Source: a virus. From it: a stretch of 64,000 bases of DNA. The notes beneath the pieces are model-generated. The model was not told the origin of the DNA. It saw only the letters and a program-made list of their open reading frames with translations, and did not search any database. This document shows positions 8,976 to 19,500 of the stretch, one piece after another. Position 1 is the first letter of the stretch; every line of letters begins with the position of its first letter. The stretch is taken from IMG/VR virus record IMGVR_UViG_3300035001_000008, positions 1 through 64,000 of that record, one strand, 5' to 3'. A program made the translations under genes and the position numbers.

Positions 8976-11900
8976 TGGTAGTCCCTGTCTTAACATTAGA
9001 CCCTAGCTTAAATATTAGGGCTAAGCCTAAATATCCGGTATATGAAAATCAATTAGGTGATGGCTATACAGCCAATGAACCCGCAGCCTCTAACATTCTA
9101 ATTGAATGGGAATTATCTGCTGTATTAACTAAGGCTGAATCTGATTCTGTCTCAGCCGATTTAACGCTTTATAACGGGTTTATCCCGTTTCAATGGCAAC
9201 CTTACCCAACTTACCCTAAACGCACTTACGTTTGTAAAGAATGGAAACTTACCAGTAAAGGAACAAATGGCGTTACTAACATCTATGCATTCTCAGCAAC
9301 GTTTTTAGAAGATTCTAGTGGTGCATGTTTAGAACTATTAGATGAATTTAGTGAAAATGATATTCTAGATTTATTGGATGGGGCTGATTTATTCCTATTT
9401 ACCTATACAAGGAATACATTACCCTTCCTACTTAACGCTAATTCTATTTCAGTAAATAGCTTTCACCCTTTATTAAAGAAAGGTAGTTACTTACCTGCTA
9501 GCTCAGGTACTACTCTAGGACAAGCCTTGGGTAGCAAAGCATCTCTAGCAGCCTACCAGCAGACTAACGATGTAGCATGGCTTAACAGGGCTGTAGCAAT
9601 GGCTCAAGCTCTAATCGCTAACTACTATAGAGGCGCTACTATCCCTCTACAAGGTGCTGAAAATACGTTATTTATGCCGCACCGATTAATTAACGTAAAA
9701 GAACCTTTAGTGAGCAAGGGTACTTTAGTTAATCCTCCCCTTAATTCAGGACACTTTAGCGAAGTATTTACTTTTACAAATGGTGTAGCTACTATTCCAG
9801 GTGGTTTACTTTCAAATGTCTACAAAGTATATTCACTTACGGGTAGATTACTTTGGAATTATGTTAAAGCGCCAGTCATCAGCGGTACTGAGTATGTAGT
9901 TAGTTACTGGGTATCTAACTATGAATTAAATGGCACTAACTACGCTATGAATAAAAGTAGTGAAAGTATCACAGGTGATCCCTTCCTACAAACAGCAGAA
10001 CCCGCTGGTAAAGTTGTTTTACAAAACACTTCCTTTAACGGTAATTTAATTGTTGTATACTCTGATTATTCAGGTGAAACGATTGGAACAAATACGTTAT
10101 TTGAAATTGACCCTATTACTAGGCCATTGGTCGGTAATGAGGTAAGTTTTGCGTTTGATGCAGCACCCTACTTATATGAAGCGTTTACTCTGCTAGCTAG
10201 TGAAACTGAAGATACTAGTTGGGCTAGAGCAGCCGCCGCTACACGCTATACCACTATTCAGAATGCCAATGTTCAAGCTACGTCTTACTTTTATAAAAAA
10301 GAAGTATTCCCCGACCCGTTAAGATGGCCAGGTTCACAAATCTTTTATCTCAATAATGCTAACGGAGGTTCAACATCCCGTGTAACATTTGGTGATAAAA
10401 CAGATTGGCTACAAATTAACAGCAATCTATCAGCAACACCTTTAACACAAGCAACTGAGTTTCAAAACGCTTCCACTATTGTTACCGCTTTTACTGATAG
10501 CACTATTACAGTAGAGGCTGAATCTTCCGTAGGTACAGTACTTACAGTTACTCTTTCAACTAGCGCAAATACATCAGCTAAGACTGATTTATATTCAGTT
10601 TATTTAGTTTTGCTAGGGGATATTCTAAGAGGGCGTACTTACAATATCAGAGAATTTATAAGATGGTCTAGAGGGCCAAATATTGGTGATGTTGTAGCTG
10701 GGGGCGATCAGTACCTAGTATGGCATCCAAGGATCTCAGATAACCCTGTATACACATTGGCTGATTCAGAATCAGTGGTTTCCACTTATTTAGCAGACTC
10801 AAGTTATAAATTTGATGAAGGCACTGAACTAGAATTTATAACTGATGTTCTAGTTTCTCGAATTGAATTAACTAGACGGGTAACTGCAAAAGCAGGTTTA
10901 ATTTTAATCCAGGGTAATGGTGCATCCTTTGGTGCTCAAGCATTCGCCCCACCTAAAGTAGTACTTAAAGTGTCTGGTACTGATATCAGACTAGTATTTA
11001 CCGATGCGGCTGATAATAAGTTTGCTGTAACTATTCCTGCTACAGGTGAATGGACTGAATACAATGATGGATGGTTAGGTGTAACGGCTGTAGAACATTC
11101 TTTTGCACCTAATACGGGTGCTCAAATTAAAGCAATTGAATTTGAAGTGCTTACTTCTAGAGTCACTGCCGTTATTGATGTATTTTATGTAGGTAATGCA
11201 CCACTTGAACGATTAAACCTACCCTCTCAGATTTATAAGGGTGTAATCACAAGTAACGTAAGAGGCGCAAATTCTTTATTTATTGGTGATTTTAAGCAAG
11301 ATAGCAACCCGCTAGACCTATTACTCTATAGCCCTGGTATATGGCCTGCTACGGCTACCGCGATAGATGGCGTTGTAGAGGCTTGGACGGGTGAACCCTA
11401 TACAGGATACCAAAACCCGCATATATGGCTTGAATGGGGTGTTACTGCTAATGCTCAGAACGTGTTTAACTTCCTAGCAGCCGCACAAGAAGCCTATGTA
11501 GCTCAAGTACCTAATTCACAGATAGGGCCATTTGCCCCAGTGTTTAATTGGGCATCGTGGGATACTCTATCAGTACGTCAGCAAGATATTAATAAATTTA
11601 GTTGGTTAGGGGCTGACCCTAATGTAGATTGGTCAGTTTATCAATTCAGAGCATTAGAGGCCGCTGCAAAAGCTTGGACGTTAGTACCTACTAATCCAAT
11701 CGCTCAAAAGTTAGTGATGCGGTTTTTGACATTCTTAAATAATAATTACTACGGTAGGTTAACCCTTAAACCCTTAACCACTTTTGACAACTTAGGCGGA
11801 TTACCTTTTGCTGAATCAAATGATCCACAATCAGCCGCTTTATTATTAAAAACCGCTATCTATGCAAACTTAGCAGGCGGTAATGAAAATATTACATTCC

Positions 11901-12397
11901 CTTTAATCCTGCATTGTTACAGATACCTTAAATCTGAGTATATAAATACTGGTGTGATGGCGGGTTCTTTTGCTAAATCACAGTCTACTTTTACTCAAAG
12001 TTCCATTGATTATAAAGAGTATTATTTTAATGCTCATATGGAAGTAGTTGATGCTTTAAGCTTATTAAATCAATATCGGAATGAGTTAACCGTGCCTCCA
12101 TGCGGGTTAATTTACTTAGACGGTAGAGCTTCAGAACTATTTGATGCTACTTTTTATCTTGCTACTTATTCTGATGTTCAACCTTTAATTGCATCAGGTA
12201 CTTATGCAGATGCTTACGACCATTACTTAAAAGTAGGACAGTCTGAGGGTAGGTTCTTTTACTTTGATGAGGAATACTACTTAGCTACTTATAGAGAAAT
12301 TCAGCCTGCTATTGATGCTGGGTTAATTTCACCTGTAGTAATTGACCATTGGTTTATGTTTGGCATATTCCAAGGTAGAAGACCGCATCCTTTTTAG
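8975..12397 (+). CDS. gpM-like domain fused to a putative glycoside-hydrolase-like region and C-terminal YLAxYxDV repeats
   Basis: First ~110 aa have LGDGY...PFQWQP..YVCKEW..SATF; helical motifs such as GQAL..AYQQTNDVAWLNRA; two C-terminal FD..YLA.Y repeats. Confidence 0.65.
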   Translation: MVVPVLTLDPSLNIRAKPKYPVYENQLGDGYTANEPAASNILIEWELSAVLTKAESDSVSADLTLYNGFIPFQWQPYPTYPKRTYVCKEWKLTSKGTNGVTNIYAFSATFLEDSSGACLELLDEFSENDILDLLDGADLFLFTYTRNTLPFLLNANSISVNSFHPLLKKGSYLPASSGTTLGQALGSKASLAAYQQTNDVAWLNRAVAMAQALIANYYRGATIPLQGAENTLFMPHRLINVKEPLVSKGTLVNPPLNSGHFSEVFTFTNGVATIPGGLLSNVYKVYSLTGRLLWNYVKAPVISGTEYVVSYWVSNYELNGTNYAMNKSSESITGDPFLQTAEPAGKVVLQNTSFNGNLIVVYSDYSGETIGTNTLFEIDPITRPLVGNEVSFAFDAAPYLYEAFTLLASETEDTSWARAAAATRYTTIQNANVQATSYFYKKEVFPDPLRWPGSQIFYLNNANGGSTSRVTFGDKTDWLQINSNLSATPLTQATEFQNASTIVTAFTDSTITVEAESSVGTVLTVTLSTSANTSAKTDLYSVYLVLLGDILRGRTYNIREFIRWSRGPNIGDVVAGGDQYLVWHPRISDNPVYTLADSESVVSTYLADSSYKFDEGTELEFITDVLVSRIELTRRVTAKAGLILIQGNGASFGAQAFAPPKVVLKVSGTDIRLVFTDAADNKFAVTIPATGEWTEYNDGWLGVTAVEHSFAPNTGAQIKAIEFEVLTSRVTAVIDVFYVGNAPLERLNLPSQIYKGVITSNVRGANSLFIGDFKQDSNPLDLLLYSPGIWPATATAIDGVVEAWTGEPYTGYQNPHIWLEWGVTANAQNVFNFLAAAQEAYVAQVPNSQIGPFAPVFNWASWDTLSVRQQDINKFSWLGADPNVDWSVYQFRALEAAAKAWTLVPTNPIAQKLVMRFLTFLNNNYYGRLTLKPLTTFDNLGGLPFAESNDPQSAALLLKTAIYANLAGGNENITFPLILHCYRYLKSEYINTGVMAGSFAKSQSTFTQSSIDYKEYYFNAHMEVVDALSLLNQYRNELTVPPCGLIYLDGRASELFDATFYLATYSDVQPLIASGTYADAYDHYLKVGQSEGRFFYFDEEYYLATYREIQPAIDAGLISPVVIDHWFMFGIFQGRRPHPF

Positions 12398-12441
12398 GTA
12401 TACGCTACAATGTGTGTACTATTAGGATTATCTGAGGGAAT

Positions 12442-13095
12442 ATGAGACCTAAAAAAGACGAACCAAAATGGCAGACGTTTTTATACTTTTTTGCTAGTCG
12501 GGTAATGGTTCCTCCTGTACTGTATTTAGCAAAACGAACTACAACAAATTATCCTGAAGCTGGGGATGTCTTCGCTAGGGCGCTAGTAATCAGTGGTAGT
12601 ATTCCAGTTGCAGACGTACTAAAAGACATTCATTTTAAGAGTCTTGAAGATGTATTAAACAAACTTAAACCAGAACCATTAAGCCCTCGATGGGTTGACG
12701 ATTTACTTTGGGCGGCGAGAGTCAAGGGTGTGGACATGTGGTTGCTCCTGATTCACCACTCAGTTGAAGGTCTCATTACTCCAAGAGAGGGGCCGCTTCG
12801 GCAGGCAAATCAGGATCTTATGGATATTGATAAACGAATAAACATTGACCTTAGTTTGATTGAAGGTATTGATGCGACAAATGTAGATTCTGTAGCCCGT
12901 TGGGTAGCACATGAAACATTAAAGTCGATGTTCACGACCAGTAACGAGACCAGTTATTACTTTTCATCTGGCAGAGGTCGTAGGGCTAAAACAAACAAAG
13001 ACCTTATTCAAGAATGGCTTGACAGAGGATTTGTTGAGGGAGATGGACAGGTAACAGCAATCGCACTACACAAATACGAACTGGTAGAAAAGTAA
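12442..13095 (+). CDS. Hypothetical protein
   Basis: 217-aa ORF with GAGGG RBS; no family recognised. Confidence 0.6.
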   Translation: MRPKKDEPKWQTFLYFFASRVMVPPVLYLAKRTTTNYPEAGDVFARALVISGSIPVADVLKDIHFKSLEDVLNKLKPEPLSPRWVDDLLWAARVKGVDMWLLLIHHSVEGLITPREGPLRQANQDLMDIDKRINIDLSLIEGIDATNVDSVARWVAHETLKSMFTTSNETSYYFSSGRGRRAKTNKDLIQEWLDRGFVEGDGQVTAIALHKYELVEK

Positions 13096-13148
13096 TAACA
13101 CGGTTGACAAAAATCCTAGGGTGTATTAATCCTTAGGCTTTTTTATTT

Positions 13149-13403
13149 TTAATTACAACCTAGTTCAGTGGATTTTAACTGGTATTGAAGTCTATGATTT
13201 ATTTCTAGGCTAGTCGCCTCTATTTCTTTAACAGGGTTGCCACTAGCTTTTAACATTTTAATTTCTTGAGCAACATCATCAGACTCCCTTGTAAGTTCTT
13301 CACAAGGGGTTAAATTTGATTCGTAGTGATAGTTCCCTAAGATAACCCCTACAGCCCCAGCAAAGCAAATGCCTAGTGCTGCATATTGAATATAGCGTTT
13401 CAT
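13149..13403 (-). CDS. Small membrane-anchored protein
   Basis: N-terminal hydrophobic segment, then coiled coil with two Cys. Confidence 0.55.
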   Translation of the reverse strand: MKRYIQYAALGICFAGAVGVILGNYHYESNLTPCEELTRESDDVAQEIKMLKASGNPVKEIEATSLEINHRLQYQLKSTELGCN

Positions 13404-13532
13404 ATTATTTAAGTTAGCAATACCTATTAGTAGCTTACCAACGTAACAACGTCAATGAGTTTATGAAAGGTTTATGTTAGCGAAGTTACTTTTAGTTGCT
13501 ACCTTTATAAGAGTTGTATTCAATCTAGTTAG

Positions 13533-16500
13533 TTAACCGTTATACAATTGACCATTAAAACGCTTTTCCCGTTGTATTAGTTGTAATGTAGTTTTTTCAA
13601 TAGCATCCGATAATTTGCGGGTAAAGTCTGCATCATTTTCAGTATTTCCGCTACTTTGAATATTGATAGGAATGCTAATGTTTGGCCCTGTCTTAGTTGC
13701 TGTTTGGCTTAGGTTTACACCAGTACTAACGGCAGCACCAGGCACCACGCCGCCATTCTTAAACCCTAAGACGTTCTCAATGCTTTGTCCTTGATAAGCT
13801 AATACTCCATTTAAGACGTTTTGCATTTTCTCATTGAGAACGTATTCTCCAGGAGTTAAAGTAGCTAGGACAGAATTGCTACCTTCTTTTCTTAAAGCAT
13901 CTTCTATGGTGGTGTTGACCATGCCCATTTGGCCGACTACCCCACCATCCTTAAAGCCTAATAGCCCAGTGACCATACCGATTATGCTCCCTAGACCTCC
14001 TCCAGAACCCCCACCGCCAAACAAGGATCCAATTATTCCCCCTAGACCACCTCCCCCTTGGCCCCCACCGCCGCCGAAGATGTTACCGAATAGGTTTGAG
14101 AAGAACCCGCCGCCTTTCTCAGACCCTTGAACAATGGCTTGACCTAGATTCCTAGCACCGCTTTCAAAGCTCAGGTTTAGGTTGCTAGTGTCTACCTGCA
14201 AGCCGCCTCTACCCGACTTGTTACCTCCTCCACCTAAGAAACTGAAAGCACCTGAGCCAAAGTTCTCAGCCTGTAAACCGCCAAACATGCCGCTATGGCC
14301 TGTAGCATTTAGAGAACTTTCAAAACTCAATGCAGCCTGCTGAATAGTGGCGGCAAATTGGTTTCCTGCTTCGATAAACATTTGAGAGGATACTTGAGCT
14401 GCGTTAGCTAACGTATCACCTGGAGTAGCGCCTTCAAGCGCAAACCCGGTATCTCCAGCCGTATCAGATTCAGACCCAAACAACCCGCCAAATATATTTT
14501 CTGACATACCGGCTGTAAGCTTTTGAGCAACCATGCTAGCGAGAGAAGAAATCATACTGCTGATAAATCCTCTAAAGGCTTCACCTACAGTCTTTGACCC
14601 GTCTAAAATTCCGGTGAACATTTCAGTCATGCTAGATTGCATACTGCTAATAATGGGTGTCAGTTCACTAAATTCTGTGTTTATAGAATCTAAGTTAAGC
14701 CCATTAAGTTGCGTTGCATTATCAGTCATTGCCTTAATAGATTCTGCTGACAATGTGGCATCATTTTGAATCTGCTGTAATTGCTCACGAAACCTTAAAT
14801 TCTCGGCCTGCTGTGCTTGTTGTCTTGCTTGGCCTTGAGTAGCGTAAGCATTGCTAAAGCCAAGTGTGTTAGCCCGTTGCATCCGTGCATCGTTTACGGC
14901 TGAACTTGAATCAAACACAGCACGTTCATCACGCATGGATTGGTCGTTAGTAGTTCTAGCAGCATCTTGACGCTGAATTTGTAAACGATTATTAGAATCA
15001 GTTTCAATAACACTTACTCGCAATTCATAATCTTCTTGAGTAATGTTACCATCTAGCAATTCTTTTCTAAGGGCGTTTAATTGCTCAAGTTTAGCCAAAT
15101 CAATCTCATCAATTTCAATATTGAATTGCATTTGATTAGCTTGAGATTGTTGACCAGCCCTACGTAGTAACTCTATAGTTGGGCCGCTAGTCTCTCTATC
15201 AAAGTCAACCCTAGAACGTAGTTTAGCAATACGTTCAGCTTCAATAGCAATTTCACCAGCAATTATTAATTGCTCTTTTTCTTTGTCATGAAGTTCTTCT
15301 AATTCAGCAAGGTACTCTCTACGTGATTCTAATTCAGGCTCTAGGGTATCTTGAGCAGTCTCAAGAATACCTATTTGAGTTCTAATTGCTTCAATTTGAG
15401 CAGGGTTTGCCCCTTGCGCAATAAGAGCTTTAATTGCTTCATTAAATGCTGCAATCTGAGCATCAGCGTTTTCAGAAGATAGACTCATATCCTCCATTTC
15501 GCGGTATAGCTCACGGTTAGAATCTTCAAACTCACGTTGTAGCTTGATTAAATCTTGAGCTAAAGCGGTATCAGCGGTTTGAGGTGCCAAAGCTAAGGTT
15601 CTGTCTTCTAACTCTCTATCTCTACCACGTTGGGAATCTTCCTCAGCCCACGCATCCTGTAGCAACTGCTGTTCAAGCTTACGGGTATTTAGATTGATTT
15701 GGGCAGTCCTGATCGCATCCCTAGCCGCCTGAGACTGCTGTACCGCATCAATCTGAGCATTAGCCCCTTGTAGCGCTAGGTTCTGCCCCTGCTTAATACC
15801 TGATGTATTAACAGAAGGCTGCATAATCGCGCTAGGTACACCAGTTGCGGTAGACCCACCTCCACCCATAACAGCCGCAGCAATCGCTTGAGCTTCTGCA
15901 TCCCATCGTCTAGGAGCATCTGGGTGGGCTGACCGTTGGACACGGTGAGAAGCCCTATAGATGTCTGAGCGGTCATTTACATCTAGTAAACCGATATTGC
16001 TACCCCTGCCCTGGAAAAAGGACTCAGCAGCAAATTCAGGGTTAGTAATTTGAGAACGATTACCCCATTCCATACTAGGGCGTTGTTGGAACATCCCTAG
16101 TGAGTCTCTATCTCCACCATTTAAGTTCTGTAGAGTAGATTCTTGAATAGCCGTTGCAATAGCCCCCTCAATGTCCCTCTGGGTAGCACCTAAGCGTCTA
16201 CCAGTCTCCGCAATGGTTTGGGCTAGCCTAATTTGCTCTTGTGTGGCTTGAACACCTTTGACTGTCAGGCTAGAGGCTTGAACAGGTGCGGATGATCGTT
16301 GTCCGTGATCATGACCATCACCCTCATGATGCCCAGCCGTTAACTGAGTATTGGATTGATTGTTAGTACGCCCCTTATAGTTAGCAAACACTTGATCTGG
16401 TGCTGCAAAGGGATTGATACCCCGTTGATTCAAATATTGGATAGGGTCAACCGTTCCTCTAGAACCATAACCACCCTGACCCTGGGAGTTAGCATCGTTT

Positions 16501-19500
16501 CTAATTTCGTAGTGGATAACCCCTGTCTGAGTCTCCCCCCTACCTACAGCTTGGCCTGGTGCAATGGTATCTCCTACCTGAACTAGACCCGTTGCAAACT
16601 CAGCAATCCTTTCAACTACGCCTAGAGCTTCATTAAATACATCTACATAGTGACCATAGCCGCCAGGGTCGTTACCTACGTTAGTAACCCTACCGCCGAT
16701 AAAGCTTACGGCATTAGCGTTAGGCCCGCTAATATCAAAGTCTTCCCCAGCGTGTGAACGTGAACCTCCACCCCTAGAAGCACCGTACTTTTGAGCGGCT
16801 AAGGTATTTCGATATTGCTGACTAAGCTGATTGTTTACAGGCCCGCCGCTACTACTAGATCCTCCGCCTAGAGTGGCACTGTTATTAGCCTGATTAAATA
16901 AATCATTACCTTGCTGCATTACCCCGGCTAACTGAGCGTTAATATCAGCAACTTGCTTTGCTGAATTAAGGGAGTCCATAATCCCCTCAAAGATTGTTTC
17001 AAGGGTACTTGTAATTACGTCAAAATAACTACCAAGGAAATCATCAGTAATCCCTGAAATAGAATTAGTTAATTCCGCCTTTAAGTTATCAAAACCGGCT
17101 TGAGCTAAGCTTGCTTTAACGTCAAGCATTGTCGATGTAAAGGATTCTTGAATACCTTTGTAATAATCAGTAATAGACTTGCCTAGTTCAGTTAATTGAT
17201 TTTGAGCCTCAGCGGCAGATTCATCAATTGTCGCTTGAATGTCTAAAATCTGAGATTCAAAATCTTTAACTTGGATTAAACCTTCCAATGCTTTTTGCAT
17301 TTCAGGGGAATCTTTGCCAACATCCTCGGCCATTGTTGCGAGTTCATTTGGCCCAAGGGATGTTAGAGAAGCACTACCACCCATCGAATTAATAGCGGAT
17401 GCTAATTCAGGCGTATTCAATAATGCTTGAATATCAGAAATAGCTTTCTGTGCCGCTATTAACTGGGCTTGCAACGTTTGCCGTTCTAACTGCCCTTGTA
17501 GGTTCGTTACCTGCCCATCGGTAGCGCCTGACATTCTAGCTCTAGCAATAGCGCTACGCCCCACGGAATCGGCATTCTGAGAGCTTAGAACAGCATCTTG
17601 GAATGCTGCACCTACATCCCGTAAAGACTTACCAATTCTATCTAAAGACGTTACCGATTTATCAAGTTCATCAGTCCAAGCCTGTTGCTCTTTCTCAAGT
17701 TTAGTAATTTGAGGTGTAATTTTAGCAACAGCTTCAGCATAAGTATTTTGAGTAATTGCACCTGAATCTCGCATTACGGTAAGCGCTTCTAATGCAGACT
17801 TTTGAGCAGCTAATTGATCATCAACCGCTTGTCTAGTACTGGTAATATCACCAATTAAACCTTTACGTGCTTCTAGCCTGGTGTTAATCTCTTCTTCAAG
17901 CTTAGCTCTACCTTTTACATCTTCAGGGTTTAATGCTTTCAAAGCTCTAAGCTTTTGCTGCATCATATCTATTTGAGCGTCAACTTGCTTAAACTCATCA
18001 AGTTTGGCTCTACCTGCACCTCTTAAAAAGTCATTAGATGCGGCTAAAACTTGATTTGAATTATCTACAGTAGTATCTACAGCCTTAGTAGTATCTGTCT
18101 GTTGCTGGCCTGCTCTAATATTTCTAGCTAACTCAATAGGGTTAGTTGTTAGACCTCTAGCAGCATTTGATAAGAACTTACCACCTACAGGAGACTTTTC
18201 TAGGAATCCATATAGTTTTTCCTTGGCTCCTGCAAGCCCACCTAGTGGGCTATCCATTAACCCACCAATGACACCATCAACTTTTACATCTTTAAGTGAA
18301 TCAGCAGCATTTTTACCGGCCTCTGCTACACCTTCAAGGGATGCCTTAAAGTTATCTAGCTTTTGGGTAGAGCTTTCGGCTACATCGCCCATTTCACCGC
18401 CAGCATCTTGGAATAGCTGAACTACAGCAGCAACAGCCATTACAGCCGCTTGCAACGCTATAGTCTTAAGCATGAATATACCAAAAGCCTTAGCCGCAGC
18501 TAGTGCTGCTAACCTAGTAGCCGCAAAGGTGGCAGGTAGAATACCCATTGCTTGAGCAGCAGCAAAAGCAGCCCCGCCTAATTTAAGCGCAACTGAAGCG
18601 GCTAACGTTGTGATCGCAGTAGATAGCAACGCAGCATTATTAGCTGCAAACTCCATTGCATCAGCAGCAATCTTTAACCCTAGTTGCCTAGCAGGTAATA
18701 TACCTTCTCCAACGTTAGACTGAAGTTCCAATAACGCAGTATTGAAGTTATTAATGGATGCTTGAGCACTGCTGGCCGCACCCGCTACACCTGAATCAGT
18801 TTCAGCACTTAACTGTTGTGCAAACTTGGGCAAAAACTCAGAACTGGTTACTTGCCCAAGCTCTAGTAGCTTGTTCAACTCGCTTGTTGTAGTTCCCATG
18901 GCACGAGCCGAAATCTGAAAAGCACCGGGCAATACTTCACCTAGCTGCCCTCTCAATTCCTCAGCCTGTACTGAACCTTTAGACATGATTTGCTGTAAAG
19001 CAAGCATTGCCCTTTGGGTTTCTTCAGGATTTAATTGATATACAGAGCTAGCTTGTTGAACAGCGCTAAATACTTCTTGAGTACTCTGACCTTCTAATGA
19101 AGTACCTTTAGCCGCCGCCGATAAGCCAACGTAACCGGATACGCTTTGCTTGAAATCAACACCCAGTTCCTTAGATGAGTTCTTAATGTCTTCAATCTTG
19201 TTATTAGCAGATTCGGCATCACCTTCAACAAACTTGAGCACGTTACGATATTTCTGCATTTCAACCGCCGCTTTTGTAGAAGCCGCTGCAAAATCTAAAA
19301 ACATCGGCCCAATAAAGGCTAACGATGTATAACCTAAAAAGCCTCTAAGTACCTCTAAGGCTTGTTCTTTAATACCTTTAAGCATCCCTTCACCGCCTAG
19401 GATACCTTCAGATTTAAGTAATCTATTTACTCTACTAATTAACGTTTCAGCACTTTCACCCTCATTAGCCAGGTTCTTCATTACCCCAGCTTGAGCAGCA

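Noticed and set aside
2784-13532. Recombinase-invertible tail-tip cassette
   Set aside because: No inverted repeats found between 2784-2820 and 13404-13532, and no invertase gene.
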